From: a bacterium
GTDB taxonomy: Bacteria > Fidelibacterota > Fidelibacteria > Fidelibacterales > Fidelibacteraceae
Length of the DNA: 64,000 nucleotides
Assembly: GCA_963676395.1 (NCBI GenBank)
Contig: OY781066.1
Coordinates: forward strand, 832,001-896,000
Reading direction: 5' to 3'
A program made the position numbers and the translations under genes. Shown in pieces: positions 21,362-30,082 of the stretch. Within the stretch, counting starts at the first letter, position 1; each line of letters begins with the position of its first letter. A model generated the notes under the pieces. It saw nothing but the letters and a program-made list of their open reading frames with translations, ran no database searches and was not told the origin of the DNA.

Positions 21362-22663
21362 TTATGAGTGATCTTCAAGAATACTTTTTATATAAGGAAT
21401 ATTGGGTATTGCACCAAATCGACCTTCACGATACGCTTTTTGCCAGGAAGTAATCCTATTTACACCCTTTTCTTCTGACATGCCATATAAAACAGAGGAA
21501 GCGTTATTGCCTTTCTGAACAAACCATATATTTTCTTTTGCAACCAAATCTCTGCAATTTAAAAGATTATCATAATGAGTTGTTACTAACAATTGGCTTT
21601 TATTTGATTCGTGTAAAAATCTTTTAAGCATATATCTTATTACCATTGGATGTAATCTTGATTCAATTTCATCAACAGCTAAAAATGCATTCTGTTTAAT
21701 TGTAGTTATTAATGCGCCCGAAAGACCAAACACACGCATAGTTCCTCTTGACTGACGCTCTTCAGATAATGTAAAAGTAATTTTTTCATTTTTTGTTATA
21801 TATGCTGTATGTTCAAAAAATGATTCACTCAGTTCAATTACTTTTTTCTTTTTGGTTTCATCATCAAGAAAAGCATCTAATTGTAATAATTCGGCTGCTT
21901 TCAATACCTTTTCCGATATACTCTCCTCATGCACTTCAGTGATAATATTTGAAATATTAAAATCTGCACTTTTTAAATTATCAAGAATTTGCTCTTTGAT
22001 TTGATTGTCATTATTAATCAAATCTTCAACGTATCCTTGCAAGTCCAAATTGGGATGAATATTATCTAAAAAATGATTATTAATCCACTGTAAAACTTCT
22101 TCAATTTCAGATATTTGTGTGTTAACTTTATTATAAGCAGAAAAAAAAGACGAATTCGGCAGACAATTTAACTCAATAGCATCTTTAATCATATTACCAA
22201 TTTTAAGGTTTGCACCAAAGCTAATCTGCGATATACCATTTTTAAAGATTCTATTAAAAATTATAGATGGCCTTTGAGTTTTATAGGATAATAAGGATTC
22301 TTCAATAACAGCTTTTGAATTCAATGTTAATGAATAAACATACTTAACATGATTAGCATAAAATGTTACAATAAAAGATGAATTTTTATCAGAAGTCAAA
22401 ACAAATGGAATGATATTAATTAAATCATCTTTGCTATTTTTGTTTACCCTCCAAAAGGTTTTTAAAAATTGAAATGCCTTTAAAAAATTACTTTTACCCG
22501 AAGCATTTGCACCATAAACAATACCCAATTTAAGCAAATAAACATTATCTATAATCTCTACATACTGATATTTTGACAATTTACTTATATTTTTAATTCT
22601 AAAATCAATTTTCGCTTTATCCCTAAACGAAAGAAAATTCTTAACTTCAAGTGATTCAATCAT
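21362..22663 (-). CDS. ABC-type (AAA_21-like) ATPase, RloA/AbiLi-like
   Basis: VKNFLSF, Walker A GANASGKSN, signature QSRGT, Walker B LAVDE..LHP, QLLVTTH, C-terminal YREGRFGAIP. Confidence 0.85.
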   Translation of the reverse strand: MIESLEVKNFLSFRDKAKIDFRIKNISKLSKYQYVEIIDNVYLLKLGIVYGANASGKSNFLKAFQFLKTFWRVNKNSKDDLINIIPFVLTSDKNSSFIVTFYANHVKYVYSLTLNSKAVIEESLLSYKTQRPSIIFNRIFKNGISQISFGANLKIGNMIKDAIELNCLPNSSFFSAYNKVNTQISEIEEVLQWINNHFLDNIHPNLDLQGYVEDLINNDNQIKEQILDNLKSADFNISNIITEVHEESISEKVLKAAELLQLDAFLDDETKKKKVIELSESFFEHTAYITKNEKITFTLSEERQSRGTMRVFGLSGALITTIKQNAFLAVDEIESRLHPMVIRYMLKRFLHESNKSQLLVTTHYDNLLNCRDLVAKENIWFVQKGNNASSVLYGMSEEKGVNRITSWQKAYREGRFGAIPNIPYIKSILEDHS

Positions 22664-22756
22664 AATATATTCAATAACTCCACTAATTCTGCAAATCAGC
22701 AAAATATAACAACAGTTACTCCTTTGTGATATACTTTTTTGTATAATTTTTATTTA

Positions 22757-23314
22757 TTATTGATTTTTTAGCTCTTCCGGTAAAAAGCGATCAATTTCCT
22801 CATTTGACCATGAGAATCCTTCATCATTGGAATTGCCAATACCTAATGATTTTTGAGCAAATTCATAATCATTTCCCGTAGTACTTGGAGCATATTTACC
22901 TATTTCACTATATCTTTGAATCATAGAATCCAATTCGTTATCATTTTCAGCATCTTTATTTTGTGTTAGTTTACCAATAAGTAACATAAATTGATCTCTG
23001 ATAGCTTTATATTCTTCAGCAATATTTTTGTGCTGTACTTTTATCTCAGAAAGATTCTCTTTAGTAAAAACAAAAAATAGTATGCTTACCCCAGTTAAAA
23101 CTAAACCACAATATGACAATATATCTAAAAGTTTCTGTATCCCCTCAATCGCTCCAATAGTTTGTAAAACAATAATTAACATTGTCAGCGATGCAATAAT
23201 CAAAGAAAAAATACGTAATATTCTTTCTCTATTTTGTAGCCTATTATAAGCTTTGTAATGAATTGTGGTCATGAAAACACATTGAGCAAAGTAAAAACGT
23301 GCTACAGATAACAT
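22757..23314 (-). CDS. SLATT-domain 2TM effector
   Basis: Two TM helices; HYKAY, QHK..AEEY..IR, APST, FSWSNEEIDRFLPEEL pattern of SMODS-associated SLATT; gene context. Confidence 0.8.
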   Translation of the reverse strand: MLSVARFYFAQCVFMTTIHYKAYNRLQNRERILRIFSLIIASLTMLIIVLQTIGAIEGIQKLLDILSYCGLVLTGVSILFFVFTKENLSEIKVQHKNIAEEYKAIRDQFMLLIGKLTQNKDAENDNELDSMIQRYSEIGKYAPSTTGNDYEFAQKSLGIGNSNDEGFSWSNEEIDRFLPEELKNQ

Positions 23315-23328
23315 AGAATATCCTTTTT

Positions 23329-23814
23329 TTAATTATGTGGCTCATCATCCCACGGTTTCTTCCCATATCTATCATAATAAGTGACCCAATAAAGATGCTC
23401 TTCTAAATGATATAAAAATTGAGGAAAATTAAATCCATTAGGATATGCATTCTTTATTTTTGTTGGATGGATTAGACATAAATAATTATAAACTAAATCT
23501 GAATTAGATATTAACATTCTGTATTTTGGAATATTTGTTACCACATGAAAATCCAGAGGATTTGCACATTTCCTAATAGCAATTTTTTGAATTTTACAGT
23601 CTACATCTTTTACCTTTGGTAAAATTTCATTACTAGGCACCACTAAAATAATCTCAATTCGATACTTTTCACCTTTGATTAAAACATTACCGCGAAATTT
23701 AGAATTTAACTCTATCACACCGACAATACGATTCCTTTCAGGCATATACGACAACAATGGATAGTTCTCTCGCATAAAATCAAGATCTGTTTCCCCTAAA
23801 CTAATTACACTCAT
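23329..23814 (-). CDS. Prokaryotic E2-like (ubiquitin-conjugating fold) CBASS ancillary protein, putative
   Basis: LPKV...H...LCL candidate catalytic Cys; LYWVTYYDRYGKKPW...H C-terminus; ATGA overlap with the NTase. Confidence 0.6.
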   Translation of the reverse strand: MSVISLGETDLDFMRENYPLLSYMPERNRIVGVIELNSKFRGNVLIKGEKYRIEIILVVPSNEILPKVKDVDCKIQKIAIRKCANPLDFHVVTNIPKYRMLISNSDLVYNYLCLIHPTKIKNAYPNGFNFPQFLYHLEEHLYWVTYYDRYGKKPWDDEPHN

Positions 23815-24719
23815 CTACCACCATATGGTTTTGATGGATTACTAAAAGCATGAAATCTACAATTATCTTTTTGAGGATTCTTATCAACTTTTGGAAAAAC
23901 ATCACCAAAAATCTTCTTATACTCTAAAGAAGCATTAATAAAATCATCATTTTCAAAATACTCTAAAGCTTTAATTGCCCTATTCCGAGCGGTTTCTACA
24001 TTAGATTTTATATCGTCACTACACCGGTAATACAAATACTCAAAATAGTTTTTAATCATATATGGGTAATCATCATCTTTTGAGTGTAAAACAAAATAAT
24101 TAATCACATCATTTTGTAAATTGAAAGAACTATAACAACTCTTAGCTGATACTGTATTATCTCTCCATGTTTTACCAATTCTACATAACACCCTAGTTGC
24201 TCCATTAGTTTTAGAATTCGAATCCTCAAACTCACTTATTTGTTTCTTTGGGTCAAACACCTCCCAACTCCCATCACCTACAGTGTTGGGTATTAGAAAT
24301 GTCCCATCCTCACATTCAAAAGCTGGAAGAATCTCTACATTGTGCTTACCATCAAAATTTACAAGTACTACCTTACCCCAACCACTAATTTTATCTGTCA
24401 TCGTGTATGTATCTTTTAATGTTTTTCTAATCTCTTGCAATAGTGCTGATTGACCATTACCTATATAATTATCATATTTTTCATATACATCAATCGGTAT
24501 TTTAAACAACACATCTACATCTTGATCGTCGGTTATAGGTCTGATGTTCGTTTTGGTTTTATAAGAACCAAATAACAATTTAGAATCTCCAGAATATTTC
24601 GAAGTATAATACGTAGCATGAAGAGTTTTACAAACACCGGTATACTTTGTTTTTGCATCATCTTTTTGTGCAGTTGTTAGTTTAATGTTTTCAAGAAATT
24701 GTTTGAATATTTTTTTCAT
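23811..24719 (-). CDS. SMODS-domain cGAS/DncV-like nucleotidyltransferase (CD-NTase)
   Basis: FGSY..KT, DVD, VEILPAF, GSW..FDP, K.W, KIFG..FP; start at ATG 24719 after AAGGA. Confidence 0.88.
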   Translation of the reverse strand: MKKIFKQFLENIKLTTAQKDDAKTKYTGVCKTLHATYYTSKYSGDSKLLFGSYKTKTNIRPITDDQDVDVLFKIPIDVYEKYDNYIGNGQSALLQEIRKTLKDTYTMTDKISGWGKVVLVNFDGKHNVEILPAFECEDGTFLIPNTVGDGSWEVFDPKKQISEFEDSNSKTNGATRVLCRIGKTWRDNTVSAKSCYSSFNLQNDVINYFVLHSKDDDYPYMIKNYFEYLYYRCSDDIKSNVETARNRAIKALEYFENDDFINASLEYKKIFGDVFPKVDKNPQKDNCRFHAFSNPSKPYGGR

Positions 24720-25060
24720 ATCTTGTCCTTTGTTTAAATTTATCACTTTTCATCCCCATTTTTCAATTTCATTCTAAATATAAGAAATTAACCCATTAAT
24801 ATAAAGTTATATTTTGCGTTTTTGCATTATATTTGCGTTTTTGGTTTTTTTATAAGGTTTTTAAACAGTTTCTAATGGGTTTTTATCTGTATTACTGCAC
24901 CCCTTTGTTCTTTTATAAAAAAAATGATCCAAAAGGATCATTTCAACTTAATTACAACATCAATTATAAAAGAACTATTATTTTTCTCAACAATTCATAA
25001 TTTCTTTCGACCAGCCAGCAGTCCCTCACTGCATTCGGGCAACAGCTGGTAGGTCAAGCC

Positions 25061-25822
25061 CTACTCTTCAGATTTCACCAGATCCCAAACCTTGTCCAGC
25101 TCTTCGAGATTATCGTCTTTCATGCTGCGCTTGGCATTATTGTAGTATTCTTCAACCTTATTGAAACGACGATAGAACTTATCATTACTTTTCTTTAAGG
25201 CTTCACCGGGATGGATATCGTAAAAACGCGATAGGTTTACCAAAGCGAAGAGGATATCGCCAAATTCTTCTTCGGCATGGGCTTTGTCGCCGGAGGCATG
25301 AGCTTCTTTGAATTCTTCAAATTCTTCATCGACCTTTTTCCAGACATCGGATACGTCATCCCAATCAAATCCTACAGAGGCAGCTTTCTGTTGCATACGG
25401 TAGGCTCTATGTAGGGCCGGCAAGGATTTTGGAATACCTTCAAGTATCCTGCCTTTGCGTTTTTTGCTTTTCTGCTGTTCCCAAATCGCATTGGCCTCTT
25501 CAGCGGTATATTCTTTGTCGGAATTAAAAACATGTGGATGGCGACTGATCATTTTTTCGCTAACGCCTTTCATAACATCGGCAAAACTAAAGTCACCCTT
25601 TTCTTCGGCAATAATAGTTTGAAAAACAATATGCAACAGTACATCACCCAATTCATAACGAAGCTTATCGATCTCATTATTTTCAATGGTTTCGATCGCT
25701 TCGTGAGTTTCTTCCAAAAAATACGGTATCAGTGATTCTCGTGTTTGTTCCTGATCCCAGGGGCAACCCTCGGGTCCACGCAAAGTGCGTACTATATTTA
25801 TCAGTTCATCAAATTCTTTCAT
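25061..25822 (-). CDS. mazG: Nucleoside triphosphate pyrophosphohydrolase
   Basis: LRGPEGCPWDQEQT, ELGDVL, RHPHVF, EEFGDILF, KFYRRF. Confidence 0.95.
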   Translation of the reverse strand: MKEFDELINIVRTLRGPEGCPWDQEQTRESLIPYFLEETHEAIETIENNEIDKLRYELGDVLLHIVFQTIIAEEKGDFSFADVMKGVSEKMISRHPHVFNSDKEYTAEEANAIWEQQKSKKRKGRILEGIPKSLPALHRAYRMQQKAASVGFDWDDVSDVWKKVDEEFEEFKEAHASGDKAHAEEEFGDILFALVNLSRFYDIHPGEALKKSNDKFYRRFNKVEEYYNNAKRSMKDDNLEELDKVWDLVKSEE

Positions 25823-25911
25823 ATAATTCCAGCTTAGGGTTAAAATTCATAGGGCTAAAAGCTAATTCTTCTCAATTCTAAAGCTTTGAGCTTAAATCTA
25901 TCACTAATGAT

Positions 25912-27159
25912 TTATTTCTTCGTAATTCTAATTCTGTTAATACGATTCCCCTTCATTTCATCAACCACAAAAATATGATTCTGGTAGCGAAAAGAATCAT
26001 GCTTTGCCGGAATACGACCTAAATGATCCATCACAAATCCACCCAGAGTATCATATGCGTGTGCCTCAGGAAAATTCAAAATTAATATTTCTTCCAGATC
26101 ATCGAGGTTAATTGCCGCATTCACGGCACATTCATAGGGTGTTAACCATTTTAAATATGGACTATGCTTTTCATTTTCATCCTGGATATCACCCACGATC
26201 TCTTCGATAACATCTTCAAGTGTTACCAGGCCGCTGGTACCACCATATTCATCAACAACAATAGCGATCTTGGTTTTCTTTTCCTGGAAAACAGATATGG
26301 CATGAGATACAGAACATTTTTCAGGCAAGAACATCGGAGGATGCAAAAGGCTCTCGAGGTCTGTTTGTTTTTTACCATCTAAATACTGCAAAACATCTTT
26401 CTCAAAGATAAACCCTATAATATTATCCAAATTATCTTTATACACGGGAAATCTTGCAAAAGGCTGATTGGCTACAAAGAAATAGATATCGTTCAGACTT
26501 CTACCTCCATCTACTGCAACCATATCGGGACGAGGAATCATGATCTCTCTAACACAGGTGTCGGTTGATTCCAACAATGACGTGATCATCTCGATCTCTT
26601 TTTCTTCGAATTCTCCCTTCTCCTCACCAATTTGAACCAACGTCTTAATATCTTCTTCATGCTCAATGAGCGTATCACCACTCACATTCAAGGAGCGTTC
26701 CGTTACTTTTCCAATAAAATACAAAATAATCGTCAAGGGAAAAAACACGGTATAACAAAAAGCAATAAACCAAGAGTTTCGTAAGGATACTTTTCGAGTA
26801 TTTCGCAACGCAATGGTTTTTGGTACAATCTCGCCAAATATCAAGACCATCACGGTCACAACTACGATCTCAATAAAAGCAATGATCAAGGGCGGCCAAT
26901 TATACTCAACCGAAAGATCATGCATTAAAAGAGCAACCAATGCCGTAAGAGCAATATTTACGAGTGTATTACCAATGAGGATGGCTATCAGTAGCTTCTG
27001 TGGTTTTTCCAACAGTTTGAGTGTGCGTTTTGCAGCGGCACCTTTAATTTCCTGCAGATTTTCCTTTCGGGTACCGAAAAGTGCCGTTTCCGAGCCTGAA
27101 AAAATACCGGAAAAAACCAAAAGCACCAAAAAAAGAAAAAGATTTAAGCCAATATCCAT
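25912..27159 (-). CDS. HlyC/CorC (CNNM-CBS-CorC) family transporter
   Basis: FSGSETA, GEIVPK, VREIMIPR, VVDEYGGTSGLVTLED. Confidence 0.92.
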   Translation of the reverse strand: MDIGLNLFLFLVLLVFSGIFSGSETALFGTRKENLQEIKGAAAKRTLKLLEKPQKLLIAILIGNTLVNIALTALVALLMHDLSVEYNWPPLIIAFIEIVVVTVMVLIFGEIVPKTIALRNTRKVSLRNSWFIAFCYTVFFPLTIILYFIGKVTERSLNVSGDTLIEHEEDIKTLVQIGEEKGEFEEKEIEMITSLLESTDTCVREIMIPRPDMVAVDGGRSLNDIYFFVANQPFARFPVYKDNLDNIIGFIFEKDVLQYLDGKKQTDLESLLHPPMFLPEKCSVSHAISVFQEKKTKIAIVVDEYGGTSGLVTLEDVIEEIVGDIQDENEKHSPYLKWLTPYECAVNAAINLDDLEEILILNFPEAHAYDTLGGFVMDHLGRIPAKHDSFRYQNHIFVVDEMKGNRINRIRITKK

Positions 27160-27160
27160 A

Positions 27161-27586
27161 TTATTTATCAAAATATTGTGTTAAAAAACGGTTTTCCAAT
27201 GCTGTCATTTCAGCTTTATCTTCTTCGCTGATATCATCATAACCGCACAGGTGACATGCACCATGAATCAAGATCCGGGCGAACTCCCGCTCAAGAGGTT
27301 GATCGAATTTTTTAGCGTTTTGAATAATCCTTTCAGGGGAAATATATAATTCTCCCTCTAAGGGTTCCTCATCTATATTAAAGGAAATTATATCTGTGTA
27401 TACATCCTGATCAAAATATTCTTTTTTCATTTCACGCAAGGCATCATCTTTAAAAGAAATAACGGTCACAGAGAATTCAGGATAACCAAGATCTTCCATC
27501 ACCCCGGCGATCATGGTTTTGGCATGATCTTCTTCAAGTGGAATATCTATATCACATTCACGATAAAATTCTACCGTCCAACTCAT
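27161..27586 (-). CDS. ybeY: rRNA maturation endoribonuclease YbeY
   Basis: TDIISF, GELYIS, HGACHLCGYDD, EM..LE. Confidence 0.9.
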   Translation of the reverse strand: MSWTVEFYRECDIDIPLEEDHAKTMIAGVMEDLGYPEFSVTVISFKDDALREMKKEYFDQDVYTDIISFNIDEEPLEGELYISPERIIQNAKKFDQPLEREFARILIHGACHLCGYDDISEEDKAEMTALENRFLTQYFDK

Positions 27587-29922
27587 GCTTTTTCTTCTTT
27601 CTTGATACTGAGTTCTTCTTTTTTATTCGATGATTTCTTTTCATCTTCTTTTTTATCTTCAGGATAAGGCACACGTTCGTGATACAGGCCTACCAAAAGA
27701 GGATATATCGCTTTTTGTATCTTGGTCAAATCAATAAACTGCAAGGGGCATTCATCAAGCTGCCCACTATTCAAACGCTTTGAAATAACTTCATTGATCT
27801 TTGCTTCAATATTTTTTGGAGTAGCCTTTGGCAATGAACGAACGGCAGCTTCTGAAGCCTCTACGATCATCAACAATGCTGTTTCTTTGGTTTTAGGCTT
27901 TGGTCCCGGATAACAATATTCACTTTCAGGAATATCGGTACCGGTTTTTTCTGCTTCGGCAAGGGCTTTTTGATAAAAATAATCAACTCTCATCGTACCA
28001 TGATGGGTGGCGATAAAATCTTTAATTTCATCCGGCAATTTTTCCTGTTCAGCCAATTCCAGTCCGTTTCGCACATGTGAAATAATCACCTTAGCCGCCA
28101 TATGGGGTTTAAGCTGATCCATTTTATTTTCTTCAAGTCCCTGTTGATTTTCTACAAAATATTCAACCTTAGATAACTTCCCGATATCATGATAGTAGGC
28201 TCCCACTCTGGCAAGAAGTGAATTTGCGCCAATCTTTTCGGCAGCCGCTTCAAGCAAATTACCCACCACAATAGAATGATTAAAGGTACCGGGCGCTTCC
28301 AATGAAAGTCGTTTAAGCAAAGGTCGATTCATATCCGAAAGTTCAAGCAAGGATAAGGATGTCGTAACACCGAAAATTCTTTCAATAACCATCATGAGAC
28401 CATTGGCAATTAAAACCGAAACAATAGCATTTGCAAGCGCCAATCCCATCATCACCAACCAAGCGGTAAAGGTCTCTAATGATGCAATATTCATAGCCGA
28501 TACAGAAGCAAAATAACCTGCAGCCACAAAGAGTAAAGGTTTTAAAACATTTTCACGCGTTCTTGTATTTCTTAATGAAATAATAGCCATGATCATAGGG
28601 AAAGCGTGCATCAGAATGAAATGGAATGAGCCTCCCATAACATATGCCAATACCAGAAGTAATGTCGATGAACCCATAAGGGCAATACGCTCATCAAAAA
28701 ATATCATCAAGAGCATTGCAGTGATAGAGAGAGGTACAAGGATCATATGTGTTGGCGCTACAAGTGCTACCGCAGCACCCAGCCCCAAAGATATCACCAT
28801 ACAGATTATTAACAACAAAAATCGATTCACATCTTTAAACAGAGATTTATCATACATGATCAGGAATAAAATAAAAATCATGAAAAGCATGGCGATCACA
28901 AGAATATCCCCAAGACCCTTTAAGAAATTTGAAAATCCCTGTAAGTTCTCGTTATTCTTTTCTTCGGCATACTTCAGTGAATATAGCTTCTGGTATATTT
29001 CCGAAGTAATAAGTGTGTTGGCACCTACAATCTTTTCATCTTTAAAAACTTTTCCCGCCACCAAGGGTATCCTGTCGATAACATCTTGTTGGCGATTCAT
29101 GGTACGCTCTTTATCGTAAATCAAATTTGGCTTCATCAGCAAATGTGCAATACGAGATATCATGACCTTTTGTTCATGGATATTGTAACCCTTAACCAGA
29201 TTTTCGGTCAATTGCTCCGTCGCGGAACTAATATCAAACAAGTTCTTAACCGAGGCAGGTGTTTCTATACTCCCCTGTCGTAAAGAAATTTGATTTGATC
29301 GTATTGAATCCAAAGAAATATCACTGACACCACTTTCATAAAGTATTGACAGGTGCGTAATAAAATTCATTCTTAGGGTGTCAAGCGGAACACGTTTCGC
29401 CTCACTTGGCATAAATATTTGACTAAAGGGTGCTTCATCGGCATGAATTGAAAATTGTTCTTCCATGGCATTGATCACAGCCATAAAAGCATTTGAATCT
29501 GTACGAACCGATTCATTTAAAGCTTCAAGATCAGTCGTTGTAAATCTTTGAATCCGCCGCATGGTTTGAGAATATTTATATTTTTCATAACGTTGCTCTA
29601 AGGTCTTTGCCATTTGAAAGAACACCTCTGTTCTTTCAATCTGTTGATCTTTTACTCCGATATCCTCAGAAAAAACAAAAGCAACTTTCTTAATGGCTTC
29701 GTCTTGCTCTTTTTCAATGGCGGCACGGGGTTTTAAAATATCAAAATCATAAGGAGCGATAATATCCATACGCGTAATATCACCCACCTGATAATTGTAT
29801 TGATGTGTTTGCTTTTTGGGCGCTACCAGGGAAGAAAAAATTACCATAACGACCAATGATGCGATGATCCATATAGAAACTTTTCCCGAGCCTTGAGCTT
29901 GATTGTTTTTTATTAACATCAT
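27583..29922 (-). CDS. 7TM-HD (HDIG) membrane phosphohydrolase, PgpH-like
   Basis: Extracellular domain plus 7TM; APGTFNHS, YYHDIGK, HHGT, YPGPKP. Confidence 0.9.
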   Translation of the reverse strand: MMLIKNNQAQGSGKVSIWIIASLVVMVIFSSLVAPKKQTHQYNYQVGDITRMDIIAPYDFDILKPRAAIEKEQDEAIKKVAFVFSEDIGVKDQQIERTEVFFQMAKTLEQRYEKYKYSQTMRRIQRFTTTDLEALNESVRTDSNAFMAVINAMEEQFSIHADEAPFSQIFMPSEAKRVPLDTLRMNFITHLSILYESGVSDISLDSIRSNQISLRQGSIETPASVKNLFDISSATEQLTENLVKGYNIHEQKVMISRIAHLLMKPNLIYDKERTMNRQQDVIDRIPLVAGKVFKDEKIVGANTLITSEIYQKLYSLKYAEEKNNENLQGFSNFLKGLGDILVIAMLFMIFILFLIMYDKSLFKDVNRFLLLIICMVISLGLGAAVALVAPTHMILVPLSITAMLLMIFFDERIALMGSSTLLLVLAYVMGGSFHFILMHAFPMIMAIISLRNTRTRENVLKPLLFVAAGYFASVSAMNIASLETFTAWLVMMGLALANAIVSVLIANGLMMVIERIFGVTTSLSLLELSDMNRPLLKRLSLEAPGTFNHSIVVGNLLEAAAEKIGANSLLARVGAYYHDIGKLSKVEYFVENQQGLEENKMDQLKPHMAAKVIISHVRNGLELAEQEKLPDEIKDFIATHHGTMRVDYFYQKALAEAEKTGTDIPESEYCYPGPKPKTKETALLMIVEASEAAVRSLPKATPKNIEAKINEVISKRLNSGQLDECPLQFIDLTKIQKAIYPLLVGLYHERVPYPEDKKEDEKKSSNKKEELSIKKEEKA

Positions 29923-30082
29923 TTCCTCAATAAATTCTAGCTAAAAAATAAGATAGTTTGGGGTTGTATCCAAAATAATTAAGAATTAAGAGTTATGGGC
30001 TAAGAGTTGCAAATTAACCGCTTATGCATTTAAAAGACTGACAATTGAATATGAAATATATCGTAACTTTTTAATCACGGAT

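Larger units (their letters stand above)
21300..24960. mobile_element. AT-rich horizontally acquired defence island (no integrase seen)
   Basis: Visibly AT-richer than flanks; defence genes inserted between mazG and the DUF134 cluster; boundaries approximate. Confidence 0.6.

Noticed and set aside
25061..29922. mazG and HD phosphohydrolase as part of the defence island
   Set aside because: They sit in a housekeeping HD-ybeY-corC-mazG operon with backbone-like composition; adjacency looks coincidental
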